Below the pieces are notes generated by a model. The model saw only the letters and a list, made by a program, of their open reading frames with translations, was not told where the DNA came from and made no database searches. A stretch of DNA of 64,000 bases from an uncultured Alphaproteobacteria bacterium (GTDB lineage: Bacteria; Pseudomonadota; Alphaproteobacteria; UBA8366; JADFVY01), in assembly GCA_947259105.1 (NCBI GenBank), contig CAMYKU010000005.1, positions 9,530-73,529 of the forward strand. Direction: 5' to 3'. The position numbers were made by a program, and so were the translations under genes. Of the stretch, positions 55,580-64,000 are shown one piece after another. The first letter of the stretch is position 1, and every line of letters begins with the position of its first letter.

Positions 55580-57568
55580 ATGAAGCGGATTGCCATAACA
55601 CTCATCCTCCTGGCCGGCCTGACGCAGTCGGCGCTGGCCGGGATGGAGGCGGCTCAGGACGCATACGACCGCGGCGATTTCGAGACCGCCTACGCGGAAC
55701 TGCGCCCTCTTGCCGAGGCCGGCGACGCGAAAGCACAGACCTTTCTCGGCATCCTGTACGAGTACGGCAACGGCGTACCGCCGGATGAAGCGGAGGCCGT
55801 ACGCTGGTACCGGCTGGCGGCCGAACAGGAATACGCCAGGGCGCAGTCCTATATGGGCGAAATGTACCAGGAGGGGCGCGGTATCGCGCAGGACGACGCG
55901 GAAGCCGTGCGCTGGTACCGGCTGGCAGCCGAACAGGGCAACGCGCGGGCGCAAACGAGCCTGGGCGATATGTACGATGAGGGCCATGGCACGGATCAGG
56001 ATCCTGCCGAAGCGGTTCGCTGGTATCGCCTTGCCGCCGAGCAGGAATATGCCCGTGCCCAGTCGAATCTCGGCTGGATGCATGAAAACGGACGCGGCGT
56101 TGCGCAGGACGACGTGGAGGCCGGGCGCTGGTACCGGCGGGCGGCAGAGCAGGGGCATGCCGGCGCCCAGGCGAGTCTCGGCTGGATGTACCAGGAGGGC
56201 CGCGGTGTCGCGCAGGATGACGCGGAAGCCGTGCGCTGGCATCGCCTCGCGGCGGAACAGGGTTTCGCGCGGGCGCAGAACAGTCTGGGCTGGATGCACG
56301 ACGTCGGGCGGGGTGTCGCGCAGGATGACGGTGAGGCCGCGCGCTGGTACGGTCTTGCCGCCGAACAAGGCCTTGTTGTCGCTCAGTACAACCTGGGCCT
56401 GATGCATGAAAAGGGCAGAGGGGTCGCGCAGGACAGCGCGAAGGCGGCGCACTGGTACCGGCAGGCGGCGGAGCGGGGGGATGCCGATGCCCAGGTGAAG
56501 CTGGGCTGGCTCTATCTCAATGGAAACGGCGTCGGGCAGGACGACGACGAGGCCGTGCGCTGGTACCGCATGGCCGCCGCACAGGGCGATGCCGTTGCCC
56601 AGACGAATCTCGGCTGGATGTACGAAGAAGGACGCGGCGTCGGGCAGGACGACAAGGAAGCGCTGCGCTGGTACCGGCTGGCGGCGGACCAGGGATACGC
56701 GCGCGCCCAAACCAATGTCGGCGATATGTACGACGACGGCCGCGGCACGGACGCGGATTTTGCCGAGGCACTGCGCTGGTACCGCCTGGCGGCGGAACAG
56801 GATTTTGCGCGTGCGCAGAACAATCTGGGCTGGATGTACGACCGCGGGCACGGGGTCGGGCGGGACGACGGGGAAGCCGTGCGCTGGTACCGCATGGCGG
56901 CGGAGCAGGGGGACGCCACCGCACAATTCAATCTGGGTCTGATGTACGAGAACGGCAGGGGGGTCGCGCAGGACAGTGCGGCGGCAATGCACTGGTATCA
57001 GCTTGCGGCGGCGCAGGAGTACGCCACGGCGCAGTACGAGTTGGGCCTGATTTACGAGAACGGCCGGGGGGGTGCGCAGGACAACGCGACGGCGGCGGAC
57101 TGGTACCGCCGGGCGGGCGAGCAAGGCAAAGCCGAAGCCCAGGCGAGGCTGGGCTGGCTCTATCTCAAGGGCAATGGCGTCGCGCAGGACAACGCCGAAG
57201 CGCTGCGCTGGTTCCGGCTGGCGGCCGAGCAGGACCACGCCACCGCCCAGTACAATCTGGGGCTTATGTACGAGAGCGGCCTGGGCGTCGCGAAGGAGGG
57301 GTCCACGGCGGCCGACTGGTATCGCCGCGCGGCCGCGCGGGGCGACGTCGATGCGCTGTTCCGTCTCGGCATCATCTACGACGGCGGGCGAGGCCTCGAA
57401 CCGGACGACGTCGAAGCCTATAAGTGGTTTTCGCTGGCCACGAGCCGCGGAAGCCAGCCGGCGTCGACCCGCATGATGGTGCTGTGGATCGTAATGAGTT
57501 CGGGGGAGGTCGCGGAGGCCGAGCGGCTGGCAGAGGAATGGAGCGATGCGCACCCGGCGGCGGAGTGA
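55580..57568 (+). CDS. Exported Sel1-like repeat protein (16 repeats)
   Basis: Signal peptide MKRIAITLILLAGLTQSALA. Sixteen 36-aa repeats of consensus AQxxLGxMYxxGxGVxQDxxEAxRWYRxAAEQG. Confidence 0.93.
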   Translation: MKRIAITLILLAGLTQSALAGMEAAQDAYDRGDFETAYAELRPLAEAGDAKAQTFLGILYEYGNGVPPDEAEAVRWYRLAAEQEYARAQSYMGEMYQEGRGIAQDDAEAVRWYRLAAEQGNARAQTSLGDMYDEGHGTDQDPAEAVRWYRLAAEQEYARAQSNLGWMHENGRGVAQDDVEAGRWYRRAAEQGHAGAQASLGWMYQEGRGVAQDDAEAVRWHRLAAEQGFARAQNSLGWMHDVGRGVAQDDGEAARWYGLAAEQGLVVAQYNLGLMHEKGRGVAQDSAKAAHWYRQAAERGDADAQVKLGWLYLNGNGVGQDDDEAVRWYRMAAAQGDAVAQTNLGWMYEEGRGVGQDDKEALRWYRLAADQGYARAQTNVGDMYDDGRGTDADFAEALRWYRLAAEQDFARAQNNLGWMYDRGHGVGRDDGEAVRWYRMAAEQGDATAQFNLGLMYENGRGVAQDSAAAMHWYQLAAAQEYATAQYELGLIYENGRGGAQDNATAADWYRRAGEQGKAEAQARLGWLYLKGNGVAQDNAEALRWFRLAAEQDHATAQYNLGLMYESGLGVAKEGSTAADWYRRAAARGDVDALFRLGIIYDGGRGLEPDDVEAYKWFSLATSRGSQPASTRMMVLWIVMSSGEVAEAERLAEEWSDAHPAAE

Positions 57569-57592
57569 CGCAGCAGGCGGCGGGGCTTACAT

Positions 57593-58462
57593 ATGGGCAA
57601 GGATTCGGAACAGGCAGGAATTCGCGCGGATGACGCGTACGAGCGCGGCGACTATGAGGCCGCCCTTGCCGAATTGCGCCCGCTTGCGGAAGCCGGGGAA
57701 GAGTGGGCCCAGTACAATCTGGCGACGCTGTACGATTACGGGCGCGGTGTGAAACAGAACCATGAAGAGGCCATGCGCTGGTATCGCGCGGCGGCCGACC
57801 AAGGCGATGCCATGGCCCAAAATAATGTGGGCACTCTCTATGAAGCCGGAGATGGCGTCGAACGGGACCATGAAGAGGCGGCGCGCTGGTACCGGCGGGC
57901 TGCCGAGCAGGGTTACGACACAGCACAGTTCAACCTCGCCTTGATGTATGACAACGGAACCGGCGTCGCGGGCGATCCTGTGGAAGCCGCAGGCTGGTAT
58001 CGCCTTGCGGCCGAGCAGGGTCACCGTGGTGCGCAATACAATTTCGGCCAGATCTACGATGAAGGGCAGGGTGTCGCGCAGGATCATGTGGAGGCTGCGA
58101 AGTGGTATCGTCTGGCGGCTGATCAGGGCGATCCCGACGCACAATGTTCACTGGGCGTTAAACTCCATGAGGGGCTTGGTGTTGCGCAGGACGATGGCGA
58201 GGCCATGCGCTGGTATCGCCTTGCAGCGGAACAAGGGCACGGTGGCGCGCTGTATAATTTGGGCATCATTTACGAGCGCGGACAGGGCGTTGAGCGCGAC
58301 TTGGTTCAGGCCCGGGCGTGGAATTTGCTGGCGGTGAAAGTCGGCAACGAAAATGCGGCGGGCCAGCTCGAGGGCCTGGCGGGCGAAATGAGCTTCGAAC
58401 AGATTGCCGAGGCTGAGCGGTTGGCGGAGGAATTGCGAGCGAAAATCGACGCGGCCAATTAG
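57593..58462 (+). CDS. Sel1-like repeat protein (6 repeats), no signal peptide
   Basis: Same N-cap (DAYERGDYEAALAELRPLAEAG) and C-cap (EAERLAEE) as the upstream gene. Confidence 0.9.
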   Translation: MGKDSEQAGIRADDAYERGDYEAALAELRPLAEAGEEWAQYNLATLYDYGRGVKQNHEEAMRWYRAAADQGDAMAQNNVGTLYEAGDGVERDHEEAARWYRRAAEQGYDTAQFNLALMYDNGTGVAGDPVEAAGWYRLAAEQGHRGAQYNFGQIYDEGQGVAQDHVEAAKWYRLAADQGDPDAQCSLGVKLHEGLGVAQDDGEAMRWYRLAAEQGHGGALYNLGIIYERGQGVERDLVQARAWNLLAVKVGNENAAGQLEGLAGEMSFEQIAEAERLAEELRAKIDAAN

Positions 58463-58468
58463 ATCGCC

Positions 58469-59032
58469 CTACGTCCCGTCACACCCGAACGGTTCCCTTC
58501 CAAAGATGCGCCGCACCATCGGCTCGAAATGGTCGAGCGGCATTGTGTCGTAATCGGGGTCGAACGAGGCCTGGTCCCAGTTCTCGCAGAAGTCGGCGGT
58601 GGCCTGGTAGTGCGGATGGTCCCGGAAGCGGTCGCGGGCGTTGCGGTCGCCGCCCAGATGGTGGGCGTAATAGTACGCCTGGAAGATCCCGTGATGCTTG
58701 ACGATCCAGTACGTACGCTCCGACACGTACGGCCGCAGAATGGCCGCCGCGAATTCGCCGTGACTGTGCGGCGCCAGCGCATCGCCGATATCGTGGAGCA
58801 GGGCGGCGACGACCATTTCCTCGTCCGCGCCATCACGCAGCGCCCGGGTCGCGGTCTGCAGCCCGTGTTCCTGGCGGGTGAGGGCATAACCTTCGAAGGT
58901 CTGGTCGAGACCGCGGAAATAATCCAGCACGCGGTCGGCGAGCCCGCCGGCGTACGCGGCCTCGAGCCCGGCGAGGAATTCGTACTCCTCCCTGGTGCCG
59001 TCTTCCATACGGGTGAAGCTGACGACGTCCAT
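58469..59032 (-). CDS. HD-domain metalloprotein (PhnZ/TmpB-like di-iron ligand set)
   Basis: QEHGLQTATRA, ALLHDIGD, HSHGE, KHHG and WDQ. Confidence 0.85.
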   Translation of the reverse strand: MDVVSFTRMEDGTREEYEFLAGLEAAYAGGLADRVLDYFRGLDQTFEGYALTRQEHGLQTATRALRDGADEEMVVAALLHDIGDALAPHSHGEFAAAILRPYVSERTYWIVKHHGIFQAYYYAHHLGGDRNARDRFRDHPHYQATADFCENWDQASFDPDYDTMPLDHFEPMVRRIFGREPFGCDGT

Positions 59033-59063
59033 GGCGGCTTTCCTTTCACGTTCGGACGCTGGC

Positions 59064-59116
59064 GCGACCTCACCCTTCGAGAGGGCCTTCAGGCCCGTCT
59101 CGAAGGGTGAGGTCGC
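59064..59116. repeat. 53-bp intergenic palindromic element
   Basis: Perfect 19-bp arms GCGACCTCACCCTTCGAGA / TCTCGAAGGGTGAGGTCGC, with an inner GGGCC-TTCA-GGCCC. Confidence 0.8.
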
Positions 59117-59134
59117 TCGGTGTTACGCGAATTC

Positions 59135-59917
59135 TCAGACCTTATAGTCCGGCTCGTCCCTGTCCAGGATCGCCTTCATCTCGTTGAAATGGTCGACGGC
59201 GCTGTCGCGCGTGTCGTCGCGCTGCCATTGTGCACTGGTCATTGCGGCAACCTCGTCGGAAACCACGTGCAACGGCTGGCCGGTCGACAGCGCCAGCACC
59301 TGCAGCTTGCAGGCGCGCTCCAGGTAATAGTTCTCATCGAACGCCTGGGCGACGGACTCTCCGATCACGGCGACGCCGTGATTGGCCATGAACACCACGC
59401 TCTTGCCGTCCTCGATCGTTCCGCCGATGCGCCTTCCCTCGCCGTCGTCCAGCGCCATGCCGTTGAAAGTCTCGTCATAGGCGACGCGGTCATGAAATCG
59501 CATGGCGTTCTGGTCGATCATCTGCAGCCGGTAGCCCTTCAGGCAGGCCAGCGTCGTCGCGTAGAACATGTGGGTGTGCAGCACGCAGCGCGCCTTCGGG
59601 CTGCCGGCGTGGATCTTCGAATGAATGTGCCAGGCGGTCGGGTCCGCCTTGCCGGCGCCCTGGCCGATCACATCGTCCGAGCCGTCGGCGTCCAGCAGCA
59701 GCAGGTCGCTGGCCCGGATGCGCGACCAGTGCATGCCTTGCGGGTTCATCAGGAACCGCTTGCCGTCCGCGGAGACCGCGAGGCTGAAATGGTTGGCGAT
59801 GCCTTCATGCCAATTGTAGCGCACCGCGATGCGGAACATCGCGGCAAGGTCGATGCGGCCCTGGCGTTCGGTCTCGTCCATGGGCGCGCGGCCCTTCTCA
59901 ACGGCTTGCAGCGACAC
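59135..59917 (-). CDS. Class II aldolase/adducin family protein
   Basis: RIDLAA, ANHFS, FLMNP, WHIH, LHTH, ANHG and YYLERAC. Confidence 0.92.
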   Translation of the reverse strand: MSLQAVEKGRAPMDETERQGRIDLAAMFRIAVRYNWHEGIANHFSLAVSADGKRFLMNPQGMHWSRIRASDLLLLDADGSDDVIGQGAGKADPTAWHIHSKIHAGSPKARCVLHTHMFYATTLACLKGYRLQMIDQNAMRFHDRVAYDETFNGMALDDGEGRRIGGTIEDGKSVVFMANHGVAVIGESVAQAFDENYYLERACKLQVLALSTGQPLHVVSDEVAAMTSAQWQRDDTRDSAVDHFNEMKAILDRDEPDYKV

Positions 59918-60033
59918 GGCGCAACCTCCTTCGGTCAGTCCACTCCCGACGTCCGCGATGATGCGCCCCGATGGGTATGAAATTCAATACCGGACTGTCT
60001 CCGCACCCCTCGCGCCGATACCGCGGGCCGTGC

Positions 60034-61479
60034 TCAACCGAACACGAGAATCGCAAGCACCACGACCGGCGCGACGAGGATCGCCACCGTGACCGGCAGC
60101 ATCGCGCGGTAGACGGCGCCCTCACGGCCCTGGCAGCCGAGCAGCCCGGCGGCCAGCGCCACGCGGCCCGGCGACAGCATTGTCGACAGTCCGCCGGCGA
60201 TATTCTGGGCCGCCACGACCACAAGCACCGGAACGCCGGTGGCAACCGCGATCGGGGCCATCACCGGCATCATCATGGCGATGGCGGCGGTGTTGCTGCC
60301 CGAGGGCCCGGCGATGGCGGCCGAGAACAGCGGCGCCGCCAGCACCGACACCTCGCCGGCCAGCGCGTGCCACGCCGCGCCCAGGGCCGCCGCGCCGCCC
60401 GAGGCCAGCATCCATTGCGCCTGGACGACAAAGAACAGCGTCACCAGCAGCGGCGTGCGGGCCATGTTCAGGCTGTCGCGCAGCACGTCGGAATAGCCGC
60501 CGCGCCAGACGCTGCGCGGCGCCGCGACGAGGGCGGTTACCAGCAGCCAGAAGCTGGCATGGTAGAGCACCGGGAAGGCCGGCATGTCGGCGAAAGGCCT
60601 CAGATCGAGTGCCGCACGCAGCAACTCCGGCAGGCCGGGCACCAGCCGGGTCGCGAGCAGCGAGACGGCGAGCAGCAGGTAGGGCCAGACGTCGCGGAGC
60701 AGCGCTGCGGCGCCGCCGGGGTCCCGCATCAGGCGCGGCAGGGTGACCGCCACCGCCAGCACGCCCGGCGCCAGGATTCCGCCCAACTCCACCGCGACCC
60801 AGCGGTTGACCGCGACCAGCAGTCCGACGAGAGCCAGGATCAGCATCGTATCGAGAGCCATGTTCCGCCAGCGCAACGCAACCCCGGCGCGGCGCAGCAG
60901 CAGCCAGAAGAACGGCAGCAGCAGCGGCACGGTGAGCGCCGTGACCTCGGCGGTGCGGGTGCCCATCGCCACGAGGTCGACGCCGAGCAGCCCCGCGCCG
61001 ATCCCGGTGCCGACCGCCATCGCGCCCCATGGCACCAGGATCTGGCTGAACACCGACAGCGCCGCGGCGCCGGCGCCGGACAGCCCCAGCCGCATCAGCC
61101 CGACCGCCGCGATGATCGTGCCGACGCCGAAGCCGACCGCGGATTCGACGAAGGTGCCGAACAGGAAACACGCGGCGAAGGCGGCGCGGTGCGGGTCGAT
61201 ACCGGCATCGGCTTCGGGGCGCGCCGCCGGGCGGCGATGCATGACCTGGTAGAGCAGCACGCCGGCGAGGATCACGGACAACCCCTGCCATGCGACCCAC
61301 GCACCCTTCAGGCTTTCCAGCCAGACGAACGATGCCAGCCCGTCCGTCCCGCGCAGATGGACGAGCGACGGGATCGTGGCCGCCAGCGCGACCAGTCCGG
61401 CCGACGCCAGCGTGACCCGGCGCGTGACGATCAGCACCAGCACCAGCACAAGCGGCAGGATCGACAGACCGGCGCCCAT
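60034..61479 (-). CDS. L-lactate permease (LctP) family transporter
   Basis: Very hydrophobic, with FVESAVGFG, PWGAMAVG, GSNTAA, AAQN and MLSP motifs. Confidence 0.78.
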   Translation of the reverse strand: MGAGLSILPLVLVLVLIVTRRVTLASAGLVALAATIPSLVHLRGTDGLASFVWLESLKGAWVAWQGLSVILAGVLLYQVMHRRPAARPEADAGIDPHRAAFAACFLFGTFVESAVGFGVGTIIAAVGLMRLGLSGAGAAALSVFSQILVPWGAMAVGTGIGAGLLGVDLVAMGTRTAEVTALTVPLLLPFFWLLLRRAGVALRWRNMALDTMLILALVGLLVAVNRWVAVELGGILAPGVLAVAVTLPRLMRDPGGAAALLRDVWPYLLLAVSLLATRLVPGLPELLRAALDLRPFADMPAFPVLYHASFWLLVTALVAAPRSVWRGGYSDVLRDSLNMARTPLLVTLFFVVQAQWMLASGGAAALGAAWHALAGEVSVLAAPLFSAAIAGPSGSNTAAIAMMMPVMAPIAVATGVPVLVVVAAQNIAGGLSTMLSPGRVALAAGLLGCQGREGAVYRAMLPVTVAILVAPVVVLAILVFG

Positions 61480-61699
61480 GATTCTCCCTCACTGTCCCGG
61501 GGTTCCGCCCGAACGGCGGCGCATCTAACCGGCCACGCGGTCTTGCGTCAACGGGAGCGGCCCTGGAGCGGCGGTCGGGCAACCGCGGACAGTTTCATCG
61601 GCCGGCCATGCTCCCAAGCCGAAAGTTGATGAAGAACGCACGAAAATACGCGCGCAAATGGCGTATCCTGTTATCGAACACTGACGGGAGCGTTCAGGG

Positions 61700-62791
61700 A
61701 TGGGGTCTTCTGCGGGCGGCGCCGGCGCGCCGGCGATTTCCGATATCAATCCGATGGGCACCGACGGTTTCGAGTTCGTCGAGTACACCGCGCCCGACAC
61801 CGCAATGCTCGATTCGCTGTTCATCTCGATGGGATTCGCCCGCGCGGCGCGGCATCGCTCGAAGGACGTGACGCTGTACCGGCAGGGCGAGGTCAACTTC
61901 ATCGTCAATGCGGAGCCCGGCAGCTTTGGCGCCGAGTTCGCAAAGGCGCATGGACCGTCCGCCTGCGCCATGGCCTTTCGGGTGGCCGACGCGGCCGATG
62001 CGTTGCGGCGTGCCGTCGAGTTGGGCGCGAAGCCGGTATCGGGGCAGATCGGCCCGATGGAAGTGAACATCCCGGCGGTCGAGGGAATCGGCGGCAGCCT
62101 GCTGTATTTCGTCGACCGCTACGCAGAGCGGGGCACGATCTACGATATCGACTTCGCGCCGCTCGGGGAGAGCGAAGGGGAGGGCGTGGGCCTCACCTAC
62201 ATCGACCATCTGACCCACAATGTCGAACGCGGCAATATGGACGAATGGGCCGGCTTCTACGAGCGGCTGTGCGGCTTCCGGGAACTCAGATATTTCGACA
62301 TCGAGGGCAGGCTGACGGGGCTGAAGTCCCGGGCCATGGTCAGCCCGTGCGGCAAGATCCGCATCCCGATCAACGAATCCTCGGACGACAAGTCGCAGAT
62401 CGAGGAGTATCTGCGCGACTACCGGGGCGAGGGCATCCAGCATGTGGCGCTGGGCACCGGCGATATCGTGGCCACCGTCGAGGCGCTCAAGGCGCGGGAC
62501 ATTCCGTTCATGGCGCCGCCCCCGGACACCTACTACGAGGCCGTCGACGCGCGCGTCCCCGGCCATGGCGAGCCGATCGGAGACCTCAAGCGCAACGGCA
62601 TCCTGATCGACGGCGCGCCGACCAGGGACGGCGGGCGGCTGCTGCAGATCTTCACCGAGACCGTCATCGGCCCGATCTTCTTCGAGCTTATCCAGCGCAA
62701 GGGCGACGAGGGCTTTGGCGAAGGCAATTTCCGCGCCCTCTTCGAGTCGATGGAGCAGGACCAGATCAGGCGCGGCGTTCTGAAGGAGTAA
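61700..62791 (+). CDS. hppD: 4-hydroxyphenylpyruvate dioxygenase
   Basis: NPMGTDGFEFVEY, IDHLTHNV, IPINES, GEGIQHVA, LLQIFT and FFELIQRKGDEGFGEGNFRALFES. Confidence 0.97.
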   Translation: MGSSAGGAGAPAISDINPMGTDGFEFVEYTAPDTAMLDSLFISMGFARAARHRSKDVTLYRQGEVNFIVNAEPGSFGAEFAKAHGPSACAMAFRVADAADALRRAVELGAKPVSGQIGPMEVNIPAVEGIGGSLLYFVDRYAERGTIYDIDFAPLGESEGEGVGLTYIDHLTHNVERGNMDEWAGFYERLCGFRELRYFDIEGRLTGLKSRAMVSPCGKIRIPINESSDDKSQIEEYLRDYRGEGIQHVALGTGDIVATVEALKARDIPFMAPPPDTYYEAVDARVPGHGEPIGDLKRNGILIDGAPTRDGGRLLQIFTETVIGPIFFELIQRKGDEGFGEGNFRALFESMEQDQIRRGVLKE

Positions 62792-62825
62792 GGAAACAGC
62801 TTTCCCAATGGATCAGGAAAGATAA

Positions 62826-62886
62826 CCACAGAGACACAGAGACACAGAGACACAGAGAAGCCGGAGAGTTCTTTGTGTCTCTGTGG
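62826..62886. repeat. (CACAGAGA)4 tandem array with a downstream inverted copy
   Basis: Four exact octamers at 62827-62858. TGTGTCTCTGTGG (62874-86) is the reverse complement of 62826-38. Lies between convergent genes. Confidence 0.85.
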
Positions 62887-62911
62887 CGAATTATTCTTTG
62901 GTTTGGTCCCG

Positions 62912-63346
62912 CTACTCGGCGGGTGCGGCCTCGGACCGGCGGCGGATCAGCAGGTATTCGCGCAGGGCGAGCCAGGCGATGAGCAGCGCCCCGGCGGCGG
63001 CGACGTAGATACGCACGGGCTCGAAATACGCCATCAGAAGCTCGCCGCCGAAGATCAGCAGCAGGACCTTGTTGCAGACCGGGCAGGCGATGCCGAGGAA
63101 GGCGAGGATGCCGCCCGCACCCGCGCCCTTGACCGAGCAGAACGGCCGCCGGATCGCGACATAGACTCCGCCGGCCAGCGACATCGCCGCCAGCATGGCG
63201 ATCTCCCAGCCGCCGGCCGGGGTCATGCGCACGAAGACCGGGTTGACCCACAAGGCCGCGACGGTGCCCAGCAGGGCGAAGCCGACGACCGCCACCGCGA
63301 TACCCGCCGCGATCCGTTTCGGTGTCACATGGTCCATGCCGATCAT
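62912..63346 (-). CDS. Small membrane protein with an intramembrane CPVC motif
   Basis: Four hydrophobic segments, NPVFVRMTP and PFC...GIACPVCNK. Downstream of merA on the same strand. Start 63346 or 63337. Confidence 0.75.
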   Translation of the reverse strand: MIGMDHVTPKRIAAGIAVAVVGFALLGTVAALWVNPVFVRMTPAGGWEIAMLAAMSLAGGVYVAIRRPFCSVKGAGAGGILAFLGIACPVCNKVLLLIFGGELLMAYFEPVRIYVAAAGALLIAWLALREYLLIRRRSEAAPAE

Positions 63347-63401
63347 TCCCTCCGTGAGCCGAATCTGGTGACTCGCCGCCGCGACGGCAACCGGCCCGCC
63401 G

Positions 63402-64000
63402 CTACCCGGCGCAGCAGGAGAGCTTGGTTACGTCTTGCTCGAAACCCTGCGCCGCCAGTTTAAGGCCCTCGACCGTGGTGAGATACGGAAAGATCATGGC
63501 CGCGACCTCTTGCACGGTCAGCCCCTGGCGGATCGCGAGCGCCGCGGTCTGGATGGAATCGCCGCCTTCCGGCGCCATGATGTGCGCGCCGAGCAGGCAA
63601 TCGGTATCGGCGTCGGCCACCAGCTTGATGAGCCCCCTGGTATCGCGCGCGGCCAGCGCACGGGGCAGCTGGTCGAGCGGCAGGATCGAGGTTTCGACCG
63701 AATGCCCCTGAGTCCGCGCGGCGGCCTCGGTCAGGCCGACCGACGCCACCTGCGGATCGGTGAAGACGACCTCCGGGACCGCGCTGTCGTCGTACACCGC
63801 GTCGCCGCCGTCGAGCGCATTCCTGGCGGCGATCCGCGCGCCGTGCGCCGCCATGTACACATACATGTCGCGGCCGGTCACGTCGCCGGCCGCATACACG
63901 CCGGACCGCGTCGTCCGCATATGCGCGTCGACCCGGATGCCGCCGTTCCCGGTCGTCTCGATTCCCATATCCTCCAGCCCCATTCCGTCGGAACTGGGCA
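63402..64000 (-). CDS. merA: Mercuric reductase, C-terminal part (gene continues beyond the window)
   Basis: YAAGDV, VYMAA, VVFTDPQVA, PRALAARDTRGLIKLVA, IFPYLTTVEGLKLAAQ and the terminal LSCCAG vicinal Cys pair. Frame is open to the window edge. Confidence 0.92.
   Translation of the reverse strand, partial: PSSDGMGLEDMGIETTGNGGIRVDAHMRTTRSGVYAAGDVTGRDMYVYMAAHGARIAARNALDGGDAVYDDSAVPEVVFTDPQVASVGLTEAAARTQGHSVETSILPLDQLPRALAARDTRGLIKLVADADTDCLLGAHIMAPEGGDSIQTAALAIRQGLTVQEVAAMIFPYLTTVEGLKLAAQGFEQDVTKLSCCAG

Noticed and set aside
55341-55583. 80-aa ORF with an RBS-like GAGGAG and an ATGA overlap into the Sel1 gene
   Set aside because: The translation has no recognisable features and the overlap could be chance.
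55580-58462. CRISPR-like regularly spaced DNA repeats (GCGCTGGTACCG every 108 bp)
   Set aside because: These are in-frame Sel1 coding repeats. There are no unique spacers and no cas genes.
58469-59032. Calling the HD protein phnZ
   Set aside because: The metal ligands fit, but the phosphonate-binding segments and a phnY partner are missing.
46-63711. Many long opposite-strand or alternate-frame ORFs (e.g. 5500..7056, 19164..21476, 27876..30068, 39715..41649, 46585..48600, 55499..57553, 59971..61629)
   Set aside because: They are shadows of well-supported genes in high-GC DNA, with Arg/Ala/Gly-rich translations and no family motifs.

Overview
A gene-dense, GC-rich chromosomal window, most likely from an alphaproteobacterium of Rhodospirillales type. 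This is inferred from the PleC/DivJ-like kinase H-boxes, the tesA-ybbA-ybbP block, CtrA-like motifs and a Rhizobiales-type palindrome. I identified about 58 protein genes and found no rRNA, tRNA, CRISPR array or transposase. Most genes are housekeeping or metabolic: LonC protease, cobB, thpR, pepP, hppD, SDRs and transporters. The most unusual items are: (1) a close Vibrio-LuxO-like sigma54 regulator, with a LuxO-type box upstream, facing a membrane-anchored PAS-REC-HPt protein that has no kinase core; (2) a lower-GC AAA-wHTH-PD-(D/E)XK gene preceded by two identical TAAGATCA-N6-TGATCTTA palindromes; (3) two paralogous CHASE kinases flanking a protein with five peptidoglycan-binding repeats; (4) a dispersed sulfur set (yeeE, fccAB and a second fccB) with ATTC-N8-GAAT-like boxes, where the fcc genes enclose a chemoreceptor and a stand-alone periplasmic sensor; (5) an ACP-like protein lacking the phosphopantetheine serine; (6) a 747-aa acidic, Pro-rich, tail-anchored protein; (7) a DUF62-aminotransferase IV-sulfotransferase-like operon; (8) an HD-domain/aldolase pair; (9) merA followed by a CPVC membrane protein. 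All product calls come from reading motifs by eye and from memory of the families; no database search was run.
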